Of a stretch of DNA of 64,000 nucleotides, positions 29,813-38,183 are shown one piece after another. How positions within the stretch are numbered: position 1 is the first letter of the stretch; every line of letters begins with the position of its first letter. The notes under the pieces are model-generated. The model ran no database searches and had not been told where the DNA came from. It saw only the letters and a program-made list of their open reading frames with translations. Both the position numbers and the translations under genes were made by a program. Location: positions 1,440,001 through 1,504,000 of the forward strand of contig CAVQXP010000004.1 of assembly GCA_963717935.1 (NCBI GenBank), given 5' to 3'. The DNA comes from Candidatus Eiseniibacteriota bacterium (GTDB lineage: Bacteria > Eisenbacteria > RBG-16-71-46).

Positions 29813-31138
29813 ATGACCGACGCAATTCAGGCTCCCGTCGGCTTCTTCCACCCGTCGCGGGGCACCTACCGCTTCGTGGTGCTGCTCATCGCCGGGCTCC
29901 TCACCTTCGGCAGTTACTTCGCCTACGACTCGGTCGGCGCGCTGGTGGACACGCTGCTCAAGGCGTGGAACACGGACCGTCAGGCCATCGGCGGTCTCTA
30001 CACGCTCTATTCCGTGGCGGCCATCGTGGTCGTGTTCCTGGGCGGGATGCTCATCGACCGGATTGGCACCCGCTGGGCCAGCCTCATCTTCTCGGTGTTG
30101 ATCGTGATCGGCGCGTGCATCGTGGCGGTGGCGCCGAACGTCATGGTGGCGGGCCTCGGCCGGCTGGTCTTCGGCGCCGGAAGCGAGTCGCTGGTGGTGG
30201 CCCAGAGCGCCATCCTCGCCCGCTGGTTCAAGGGCAAGGAACTGGCCTTCTCGTTCGGCTTCACGCTCGCGATTGCGCGGCTCGGGACGCTGTTCAGTTT
30301 CAACACCGAGGAGCTCATCGCCAGCCGCCTGGGCTGGCAGACCGCGCTCTGGGCGGCGGCCGGGTTGTGCCTGTTGAGCCTGCTCGCGAACCTCGTCTAC
30401 TACGCGATGGACCGGCACGGCGAGAGGGTGCTGGGCCTGGCCGAGGCCGGCTCTGGCGACAAGATCGTCTTCGCCGACATCAAGAAGTTCGGCGCGTCGT
30501 ACTGGTACGTCGTGCTGTTGTGCGTGACGTTCTACTCGGCCATCTTCCCGTTCACGGCGCTTTCCACCGACTTCTTCCACGAAAAGTGGGGCCTGCCGCT
30601 CACCGCCGGTGCGGGGGGCAGCTTCTTCTCCGCGGTGTTCGCGAACCTGTTCCACATGTTCTCGACCGCGCCCGGCACCTCGTCCATCATCATCTTCGCC
30701 TCGATGTGCCTGGCGCCGTTTGCGGGCACCATGGTGGACCGGATCGGGAAGCGGGCGGGTCTGATGATGGTGGGCGCGCTGCTCATGATCCCGTGCTACC
30801 TGATCATGGGCTTCACGACCATCCCGCCGATGTTCCCGATGCTCCTGCTCGGCGCGTCGTTCGTCCTCGTGCCGGCCGCCATGTGGCCGGCCGTGCCGCT
30901 CATCGTCGAGGAGAACCGCGTGGGCACGGCGTTCGGCCTGATGACCATGATCCAGAACATCGGCCTCGGACTGTTCCCCTGGCTCAACGGCAGGCTCCGC
31001 GACGTGACGCACAACTACGAGTCGAGCATGGTCATGTTCGCGCTGCTCGGGGCCGCGGGCCTCGTGTTCGCCGTTCTGCTCAAGCGCAGCGACGCGCGCA
31101 GCGGCGGGGTGCTGGACCGCGGGCGTGCCGGGGCCTGA
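29813..31138 (+). CDS. MFS transporter, MFSD1-like
   Basis: FGSYFAYD, GRLVFGAGSESLVVAQ, WFKGKELAFSFG, FYSAIFPF, GTAFGLMTMIQNIGL. Confidence 0.85.
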   Translation: MTDAIQAPVGFFHPSRGTYRFVVLLIAGLLTFGSYFAYDSVGALVDTLLKAWNTDRQAIGGLYTLYSVAAIVVVFLGGMLIDRIGTRWASLIFSVLIVIGACIVAVAPNVMVAGLGRLVFGAGSESLVVAQSAILARWFKGKELAFSFGFTLAIARLGTLFSFNTEELIASRLGWQTALWAAAGLCLLSLLANLVYYAMDRHGERVLGLAEAGSGDKIVFADIKKFGASYWYVVLLCVTFYSAIFPFTALSTDFFHEKWGLPLTAGAGGSFFSAVFANLFHMFSTAPGTSSIIIFASMCLAPFAGTMVDRIGKRAGLMMVGALLMIPCYLIMGFTTIPPMFPMLLLGASFVLVPAAMWPAVPLIVEENRVGTAFGLMTMIQNIGLGLFPWLNGRLRDVTHNYESSMVMFALLGAAGLVFAVLLKRSDARSGGVLDRGRAGA

Positions 31139-31222
31139 GGGGGGACGGGTGACGGCCCGGGGTCATCATCCCCGGGGAGACGGACCGGGCGGCAGGTCGT
31201 GCGAGCGACCGGCCGTCCGTCG

Positions 31223-31252
31223 TTGATTCGGGCGTGGGCGCTGCTGTAGCAT
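31223..31252 (+). promoter_or_regulatory. Putative sigma70 promoter of OPT1
   Basis: TTGATT-18 nt-TAGCAT. Confidence 0.45.
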
Positions 31253-31284
31253 CGCGCGGATTCCACCCACCAGGAGGGCCGAGA

Positions 31285-33411
31285 ATGAGTCCGAGCCAGC
31301 AGGAAGGACAGGGAGCCGGGGAGCGGAAGCTGCACCCGGCGGCCTACCGCGAGTTGCAGCCCGGTGAGACCTACGAGCCGTTCGTGCCGCCCACCGCCAC
31401 CGTGCCGGAGTTCACCGCGCGGTCCGTGATCACGGGCATCATCATGGTGATCATCTTCGCCGTGGCCTCGACGTACTCGGGCCTCAAGGTCGCGCAGGTG
31501 ATGGAAGCGGCGATCCCCATCAGCATCCTGGCGGTCGGGGTCTCGGGCCTGTTCAAGCGGCGCAACTCGATCCTCGAGAACGTCATCATCCAGAGCATCG
31601 GCGGCGCCTCGGGGCTGATCGTGGCGGGCTCGATTTTCACGCTCCCCGCGCTCTACATCATGGACGTCGCGCCGGGCACCCTGTCCATGCTGCTGACCAT
31701 CTTCATCGTCTCGGTGCTGGGCGCGTTCCTCGGCCTGCTGTTCCTGATCCCGCTGCGGCGCTACTTCGTCGTCGAGCAGCACGGCAAGCTGCCCTTCCCC
31801 GAGGCCACCGCGATCAACGAGGTCTACGTCACCGGGGAGAAGGGTGGCGAGCAGGCCAAGACCCTGATCATCGCGGCCATCGTCGGCGGCCTGTACGACT
31901 TCCTGGCCGTCACCATGCGGGCCTGGAACGAGATCGTGAACTTCCGCTTCATCCCGATGATCGAGGACCTGGCCACCCGGTACCGGGCGACCATCAGCGT
32001 CAACGCCGTCAGCCTGATCCTCGGGCTCGGCTACATCACGGGGCTGCGGTTCTCGGCCATCATCTGTGCCGGCGGGTTCTTCTCCGCCCTCATCGTGGTG
32101 CCGCTCATCTACCACTTCGGGCAGCACATTCCGGCACTCATGATCCCGCCGTCCCCGTTGCCCGGTTTCAGCACCTTCATCCCCGAGATGAGCGCGAACG
32201 AGATCTTCCGTCTCTATGCCCAGCGCATCGGCGTGGGTGCCATGGCGGGGGCGGGGATCATCGGCATCATCCGGGCCCTGCCGACCATCGTCCGGGCCTT
32301 CTCGCTGGGCTTCCAGCAGGTCTTCCAGCCCCACGCGCACGCCGACAGCGTGCCCCGCACCGACCGCGACTTCAAGATGAGCACGGTGCTGGGCGGGATC
32401 GTGCTGTGCGCCATCGCCATCGGCCTGTTCTTCTACGTCCTGCTGAGCAAGGGCGATCCCGCGGTGGCCTCGAAGGCGCCGCAGATCGCGCTCACCGGGC
32501 TGGCGATCGCCTTCATCTTCGCCTTCCTGTTCACCACCGTCGCCGCGCTCGCCACGGCGATGACCGGCAACAACCCGATCTCCGGCATGACACTGGTCAC
32601 GCTCATCATCGGATCGAGCGCGCTGGTCGCGGTCGGCCTGCAGGGCGAGTTCGGCAAGTACGCCGCGATCGTGATGGGCGCGGTGGTCTGCACGTCGCTC
32701 TCGATGGCCGGTGGGTTCGTCACCGACCTCAAGGTGGGCTACTGGCTGGGCTCGACGCCGCGCAATCAGCAGATCTCGAAGGTGATCGGGACGCTGTTCG
32801 CGGCGGTCGGTGTGGCGCTGACGGTGCTGCTGATCCACAAGGCCTACGGGCACGCCGACCCGGCGACCGGCAAGTTCATCTCCGGGTTCATGAACACGGC
32901 GATCGTGCCGGCGCCGCAGGCCAACCTGTTCGCGACCATCCTGGGCGGCATCTTCGACAAGGCTCCGGTCACCTGGCTGCTCTACTCGGTCGGGCTGGTG
33001 CTCTCGCTGCTGCTCGTGATGATGGGCATCCCGCCGCTGGCGTTCGCGATCGGCATGTACCTGCCGCTGCAGATCAACACGCCGCTCTTCATCGGTGGCC
33101 TGATCTCGCACTGGGTCGGCAAGTCCAGCAAGGACCCGAAGCTCTCGGAGGCCCGGTCCCAGCGGGGCACGCTGCTGGCGAGCGGCTTCATCGCGGGCGG
33201 GGCCCTGATGGGGGTCGTGGGCGCCCTGCTCAACCTCATCAGGACGAAGATCCCGAACCCCGAGGTGCCCGGGGACTTCAAGGCGCTGGCCATGCTGGTC
33301 GACCTGAAGGTCCCGGATCACTATGCGACCGCGGCGCAGGTCATCTCGATCGTGATGTTCGTCGGGCTCTGCCTGTTCCTGTACCTCGACTCGCGGCGCG
33401 CGAAGGCGTAG
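31285..33411 (+). CDS. OPT family oligopeptide transporter
   Basis: EFTARS, YSGLK, ILENVIIQ, IFTLPA, LPFPEATA, NNPISG, DLKVG, APQA, GMYLP. Confidence 0.92.
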   Translation: MSPSQQEGQGAGERKLHPAAYRELQPGETYEPFVPPTATVPEFTARSVITGIIMVIIFAVASTYSGLKVAQVMEAAIPISILAVGVSGLFKRRNSILENVIIQSIGGASGLIVAGSIFTLPALYIMDVAPGTLSMLLTIFIVSVLGAFLGLLFLIPLRRYFVVEQHGKLPFPEATAINEVYVTGEKGGEQAKTLIIAAIVGGLYDFLAVTMRAWNEIVNFRFIPMIEDLATRYRATISVNAVSLILGLGYITGLRFSAIICAGGFFSALIVVPLIYHFGQHIPALMIPPSPLPGFSTFIPEMSANEIFRLYAQRIGVGAMAGAGIIGIIRALPTIVRAFSLGFQQVFQPHAHADSVPRTDRDFKMSTVLGGIVLCAIAIGLFFYVLLSKGDPAVASKAPQIALTGLAIAFIFAFLFTTVAALATAMTGNNPISGMTLVTLIIGSSALVAVGLQGEFGKYAAIVMGAVVCTSLSMAGGFVTDLKVGYWLGSTPRNQQISKVIGTLFAAVGVALTVLLIHKAYGHADPATGKFISGFMNTAIVPAPQANLFATILGGIFDKAPVTWLLYSVGLVLSLLLVMMGIPPLAFAIGMYLPLQINTPLFIGGLISHWVGKSSKDPKLSEARSQRGTLLASGFIAGGALMGVVGALLNLIRTKIPNPEVPGDFKALAMLVDLKVPDHYATAAQVISIVMFVGLCLFLYLDSRRAKA

Positions 33412-33508
33412 CGACCACGATCATCCAGCCGGCCGCGGTCCCCCCGGGGGCCGCGGCCGGCGCTCGTGGCGCCGGGTGCGCGGTCCGCGCGGTAGCCTGA
33501 GATGACGG

Positions 33509-33600
33509 CGGCGGAACTTGCACGGACCGGAGGCCGGCCGAGTACGGGCACGCTCGCGACCCACCCTCGGTGGGTGCCCGGGCCCATGCAGGCTCCGCCG
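33509..33600 (+). repeat. Structured intergenic repeat, copy B
   Basis: 33517-33557 matches 19218-19258 at 35/41 nt; imperfect long stem plus an extra ACCCACC/GGTGGGT hairpin. Confidence 0.7.
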
Positions 33601-33609
33601 CGTGCGGGG

Positions 33610-34104
33610 CTACTTCTCCTTCGTCCCCTCGAAGTGGCCCGTGGAGCGGTTCTTCCTCACGTCGTCCCAGTCGAAGCAGCACCCGTTCATGACGACGTAG
33701 ACGCCGTGCGGCAGGGTCTGGACGAAGGCGAGCGCGCTGCCGAGATTGAAGAGCCCGTCGGAGCTGCCGAAGGTGTAGGGCACCATGGCGCCCGTGAGCA
33801 CGATCGTCTTGTCCCTGATGCGCTCACCGAGGTAGCGGGCGGTCTCGGTCATCGTGTCGGTGCCGTGGCTGATGACGATCCGCTCGCGGGCGGACTCGGC
33901 GCAGCTCTTCAGGATCACCTCCCGGTCCACCTCGCTCATCTCGGTGCTGTCGATCATCATCAGCGTACGGAGCTCGAGGTCCAGGCTGCAGCGGCCGAGC
34001 CGGAGCATCTCGCGGACGTGCGTGTCCTTGAAGAAGAGCGCCCCGGTGAGCTCGTCGTACTCCTTGTCGAACGTGCCACCGGTGACGAGAAAGCGGATTT
34101 CCAT
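33610..34104 (-). CDS. Short asparaginase (N-terminal catalytic domain only, 164 aa)
   Basis: TGGT and HGTDT motifs, LTGAMVP, SDGLFN. Confidence 0.85.
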   Translation of the reverse strand: MEIRFLVTGGTFDKEYDELTGALFFKDTHVREMLRLGRCSLDLELRTLMMIDSTEMSEVDREVILKSCAESARERIVISHGTDTMTETARYLGERIRDKTIVLTGAMVPYTFGSSDGLFNLGSALAFVQTLPHGVYVVMNGCCFDWDDVRKNRSTGHFEGTKEK

Positions 34105-34319
34105 GGCCCGGACCTCCTTCGTGGGGCTCTCAGTACCCACCGCCGGGCGCTCCTGTCAAGTGGCGACCGGCCGGGGCCGGGTTGCGGGCGGGCGGGCAGC
34201 GGTGGCAAACTGACGCTGAGGAAGCAGACTCTCGCTGGAGGAAGCTTCCGGCTGGACGCAGGCCCCAAGTGACGCGAGTGCAGTTTATCCCCCATCGATC
34301 GCTCGGGCTGGAGGTTGCG

Positions 34320-35051
34320 GTGGCAGGGAAGGTCGAGCTCTTTGGCGTGTCGGTCGATCTGTTGACGATCGATGAGACCGTAGAGCGTTGCCAGGAGCTG
34401 ATCGAGTCGCGACGTCCCGTCCAGCACGCCTTCATCAATGCGGCCGTGACCGTGATGATGGAGGACGTTCCGGGCTACCGCGAGATCCTCGCGGGCTGCG
34501 ACATCGTGAATGCGGACGGTCAGTCGATCGTCTGGGCGGCCCGGCTCCTGGGAGTGGCCTTGCCGGGGCGCGTGGCCGGCCCCGACCTGATGGATCGGCT
34601 CCTCGAGCTGGCGGAGTGCAGGGGGTACTCGGTCTACTTCCTCGGGGCCAGGGCCGAGGTGCTGAAGGAGTTCGAGATCGCCATGCTGAAACTGCACCCG
34701 CGCCTCCAGGTCGCCGGGCGGCACCATGGCTACTTCGACGATGATGCAGCGGTCGCCGACGACATCCGCGGATCCGGTGCCCGGCTCGTCTTCGTCGCGA
34801 TCTCCAGCCCCCGCAAGGAATGCTTCCTGTCGCAGAACCTCGCCCGGATGGGTCCCCTCTTCGCGATGGGCGTCGGGGGCAGCTTCGACCTGTGGGCAGG
34901 AAGGACGCGGCGCGCTCCCCATTGGATGCAGAACGCAGGCCTGGAGTGGCTCTTCCGCCTGATCCAGGAACCCCGCAGGATGTGGAAGCGCTACCTCATC
35001 GGCAATGCGAGGTTCCTCGGGCTGACCTTCAGGGCATGGTGGCGCTCGTAG
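34320..35051 (+). CDS. WecB/TagA/CpsF glycosyltransferase
   Basis: ADGQS, RVAGPDL, HHGYF, SPRKE, GVGGSFD, RAPHW, GLEWLFRLIQEPRR. Confidence 0.92.
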   Translation: MAGKVELFGVSVDLLTIDETVERCQELIESRRPVQHAFINAAVTVMMEDVPGYREILAGCDIVNADGQSIVWAARLLGVALPGRVAGPDLMDRLLELAECRGYSVYFLGARAEVLKEFEIAMLKLHPRLQVAGRHHGYFDDDAAVADDIRGSGARLVFVAISSPRKECFLSQNLARMGPLFAMGVGGSFDLWAGRTRRAPHWMQNAGLEWLFRLIQEPRRMWKRYLIGNARFLGLTFRAWWRS

Positions 35052-35136
35052 CGCGGCAGGGTCCGGTGCGGAGGATGGTCGTCCTCGTGGCCGGGCGCGC
35101 GCGGCCACAGCCGCCGGTGAGGAGGCGAAGGGGCAT

Positions 35137-36240
35137 ATGCGCGTCCTGATGCTCACGGCCTTCCCCACGATCGGTGGCCCGCTGCCCAAGCTGGCCCCTC
35201 TCGTGGCGGACGGGCTTTCTCGCTGCGGCTGCGAGGTCGTGATCGAAGGATGGAGTACCCACCGCGCCGGTCGCGAGTCCCTGGTCGCGAAGCTGTTCGG
35301 GCGTTCCGCCGACCTGTTGCGGGTGCAGCGACGCATCCGGGAGTGGCGACCAGACGTCATCTACGTGGCGACGGCTCACAACTGGCCGGCTCTGCTGCGG
35401 GACGTGCCGCTTGCCCTGACGGTGGCTCGCGGCCGTCCGCCCCTGGTCGTGCATCTTCACGGCAGTGAATCCGATCGGCTCGGGACCCGCGGGAACGCGC
35501 TGTTCAAGGCGTGTTCGGCATACGTCGCACGGCGCTCCGCCGCAGTGCTCCTCCTCTCCACCGAAGAACAGCGCGAGTGGATGGCGTTCTTCCCGCAGGG
35601 GCGGTTCGAGGTGGTCGACAACCCATTCGTTCCGACCGCTGCTCGACCTGTGTCGGACACCGCTGCGGCCGCCGATTCCCGCCCGCCCGTTCTCCTCACC
35701 GTGGCCCGATTGATCGCGCAGAAGGGCGTATTCGACCTGCTGGACGCGTTCGCGACGGTGCATCGGCGACGGCCGGCCCGGCTGCTGATCGCGGGGACCG
35801 GGCCAGCCGCAGACGACCTGCGGCACCGGATCCGACTCCTGGGTCTTGACGGATCGGTCGATCTGCTGGGCTACGTCAGCGGCGTCGATCTGGACCGCGC
35901 TTACCGCGATGCCACGGTCTTCGTGCTGCCGACCTATTTCGCCGAGGGCTTTCCGCTGGCGGTCATGGAGGCCATGAGCTACGGACTCCCGGTCGTGACC
36001 ACCGCGATTCGTGGCTGCGCCGACCATCTGCGCCCCGGCGAGAACGCCGTGTTCGTGCCGGCGCGTGATCCGGAGACGCTGGCCCGCGAGCTCGAGAGGC
36101 TGCTCGACGACGACGCCTTGCGACGGCGTATGGGCGCGGCCAATCGCGACAAGGTCGCCGACTTCGCGCCGGACAGCGTCATGCCGCGCTATGCCGAGAT
36201 CCTGCGCAGCGTCGCGACGGGCAGGAAGGGTGGAGCGTGA
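35137..36240 (+). CDS. Glycosyltransferase family 4
   Basis: HLHG, ARLIAQKG, EGFPLAVMEAMSYGLPVV. Confidence 0.9.
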   Translation: MRVLMLTAFPTIGGPLPKLAPLVADGLSRCGCEVVIEGWSTHRAGRESLVAKLFGRSADLLRVQRRIREWRPDVIYVATAHNWPALLRDVPLALTVARGRPPLVVHLHGSESDRLGTRGNALFKACSAYVARRSAAVLLLSTEEQREWMAFFPQGRFEVVDNPFVPTAARPVSDTAAAADSRPPVLLTVARLIAQKGVFDLLDAFATVHRRRPARLLIAGTGPAADDLRHRIRLLGLDGSVDLLGYVSGVDLDRAYRDATVFVLPTYFAEGFPLAVMEAMSYGLPVVTTAIRGCADHLRPGENAVFVPARDPETLARELERLLDDDALRRRMGAANRDKVADFAPDSVMPRYAEILRSVATGRKGGA

Positions 36241-36575
36241 ACCTCGGCGGGACCGCGGTTCTCACGGCTCGCGTGCCGCCGATCGGCGGGGAACTCGCGG
36301 GGGTGGGCGGGGGCGTGAGGCCGCGTCTCTGAGCGACGGTCCGGGCTAGTGCAGCACGACGCGCGTGGCGGCCTGACGGCCTGCCAGACGGGCACGCACG
36401 AGGTACGTGCCGGGAGCCGGCGCGGTGGCCGCCGCCGCGGGGCATCTACCTAGCCCGCGGCGGCCACTTGCAGCGCCTGGTGCGGATCGTGCGGCTGCGG
36501 TAGGGGATCGTCGACCTCTCCATCCCGCGTGGCCCGCTGGCTTCCGCCACGCGTTCGGGGCATCCTGCCTGCCCC

Positions 36576-37982
36576 ATGGCCGCTCCTTCCAGCATCCCGG
36601 CGCGCGTGCGCGCCCACCACCTGTTCCCGACGCGGGACGATCTGCAGCGCCTCTGGTCGCTGGCGGCGCCCGTCGTGGTGGTCCAGCTGGGCATGATGCT
36701 CATGGGGGTCGTGACCACCGTCATGGTGGGCCACGTCTCGGCCGCCGACCTTGCGGCTGCGGCACTGGGCAACCTCTGCGTCGTCTGGCTGACCCTCGGC
36801 GGCTGGGGCACGCTGATGAGCCTCGACCCGATCGTGGCGCAGGCGCACGGGGCGGACGATCGCGAGGGCGTGGCCCGCGGGGTCCAGCGGGGCCTGGTGC
36901 TGGCCACGGTGGCGGGGGTCGTGACCGCGCTCTTCTTCCTCCCGGTGCGGCCCGTGCTCATCCTCCTGCGCCAGCCCGCGGACGTCGTGCCGCTCGCGGC
37001 GCGCTACGTCGAGGTCTCGATCCCCGGGATCTTCCCGTTCTTCTTCTTCCTGGTGCTGCGGCAGAGCCTGCAGGCGATGGCGCGCATGCGCGCCATCGTG
37101 ATCACCATCCTGGGCGCGAACGCGCTCAACGCGGCGCTGGGGTGGGCGCTCATCTTCGGACACCTGGGCAGCCCGGCTCTGGGCGCGGTGGGAGCGGGGC
37201 TCGCCGCCACCGTGAGCCGTTTCGCGCTGGCGCTGGGCCTGCTCGCGCTCGCCTGGCGCGAACTGCGGCCGCTCCTGCTGCCCCTCCGGCGCGAAGCGCT
37301 CGATCGGGCCGCGCTCGCGCGCATGGCGCACCTGGGGTTCCCGATCGGCCTGCAGATGCAGCTCGAGTACGGGATCTTCGCCCTCGTGGCCCTGCTCATG
37401 GGCCGGCTCGGCACGGTGCCCATGGCGGCGCACCAGATCGCCCTCACCGTGGCTTCGGTCACCTTCATGGTGCCGCAGGGCATCGGCGGGGCGGCGGCCG
37501 TGCTGGTCGGGCAGGCCGTGGGCGCGGGCGACGGCGCCCGGGCGCGCCGGGCGGCGGCGGCTTCGCTCGGGGCCGGGGCCGTCTTCATGCTGCTCTGCGG
37601 CCTCGCGCTCACGACCCTCCCGGGGCCGATGGCGCGGCTCTTCTCCACCGAGGCCCCCGTGCTTGCCGTCGCCACGCTGCTCCTGCCCATCGCGGGGGTG
37701 TTCCAGGTCTTCGACGGGATCCAGGTGGTCTCGATCGGGGTCCTGCGCGGCGTGGGGGACACCCGTGCCCCCGTGCTCCTGAACGTGCTCGGCTTCTGGC
37801 TCATCGGGCTGCCGGCCAGCCTGTGGTTCGGCTTCGGGCTCGGCGGGGGCGCGGCCGGGCTGTGGTGGGGGCTCGTGGTCGGTCTCGTGGTGGTCGCCCT
37901 GTCCCTGCTGGCGCGCGTGCGCCAGCGGTTGAGGCGCTCGCTGGCCCGGGTCGTCGTGGACGGGGCTCCGGCGCCGGTCTGA
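36576..37982 (+). CDS. MATE family efflux transporter
   Basis: About 12 TM; LIFGHLGSPALG, AAHQIAL, FQVFDGIQ, GVLRGVGDT. Confidence 0.9.
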   Translation: MAAPSSIPARVRAHHLFPTRDDLQRLWSLAAPVVVVQLGMMLMGVVTTVMVGHVSAADLAAAALGNLCVVWLTLGGWGTLMSLDPIVAQAHGADDREGVARGVQRGLVLATVAGVVTALFFLPVRPVLILLRQPADVVPLAARYVEVSIPGIFPFFFFLVLRQSLQAMARMRAIVITILGANALNAALGWALIFGHLGSPALGAVGAGLAATVSRFALALGLLALAWRELRPLLLPLRREALDRAALARMAHLGFPIGLQMQLEYGIFALVALLMGRLGTVPMAAHQIALTVASVTFMVPQGIGGAAAVLVGQAVGAGDGARARRAAAASLGAGAVFMLLCGLALTTLPGPMARLFSTEAPVLAVATLLLPIAGVFQVFDGIQVVSIGVLRGVGDTRAPVLLNVLGFWLIGLPASLWFGFGLGGGAAGLWWGLVVGLVVVALSLLARVRQRLRRSLARVVVDGAPAPV

Positions 37983-38010
37983 GCGCTCGCCGCGCTCGCC
38001 TAAGTAGTGC

Positions 38011-38039
38011 TTGCGCAAGGGAATCCTGACGGCTAACCT
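38011..38039 (+). promoter_or_regulatory. Putative sigma70 promoter of OPT2-pepD
   Basis: TTGCGC-17 nt-TAACCT; implies a ~140-nt leader. Confidence 0.5.
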
Positions 38040-38183
38040 GCCTCGTTCCCTGGGGAGTCCCGTCCGGGACGGATGAACTCCCTGCTGTCGAAGAGCGCCC
38101 CACCGGCACTGGGTCCCGTGCTCCGGGATGGACCAGGCTCGCGCCGGCCGCCTGCCGCAGCTCGTTCGTATGGAGGAGCGACA

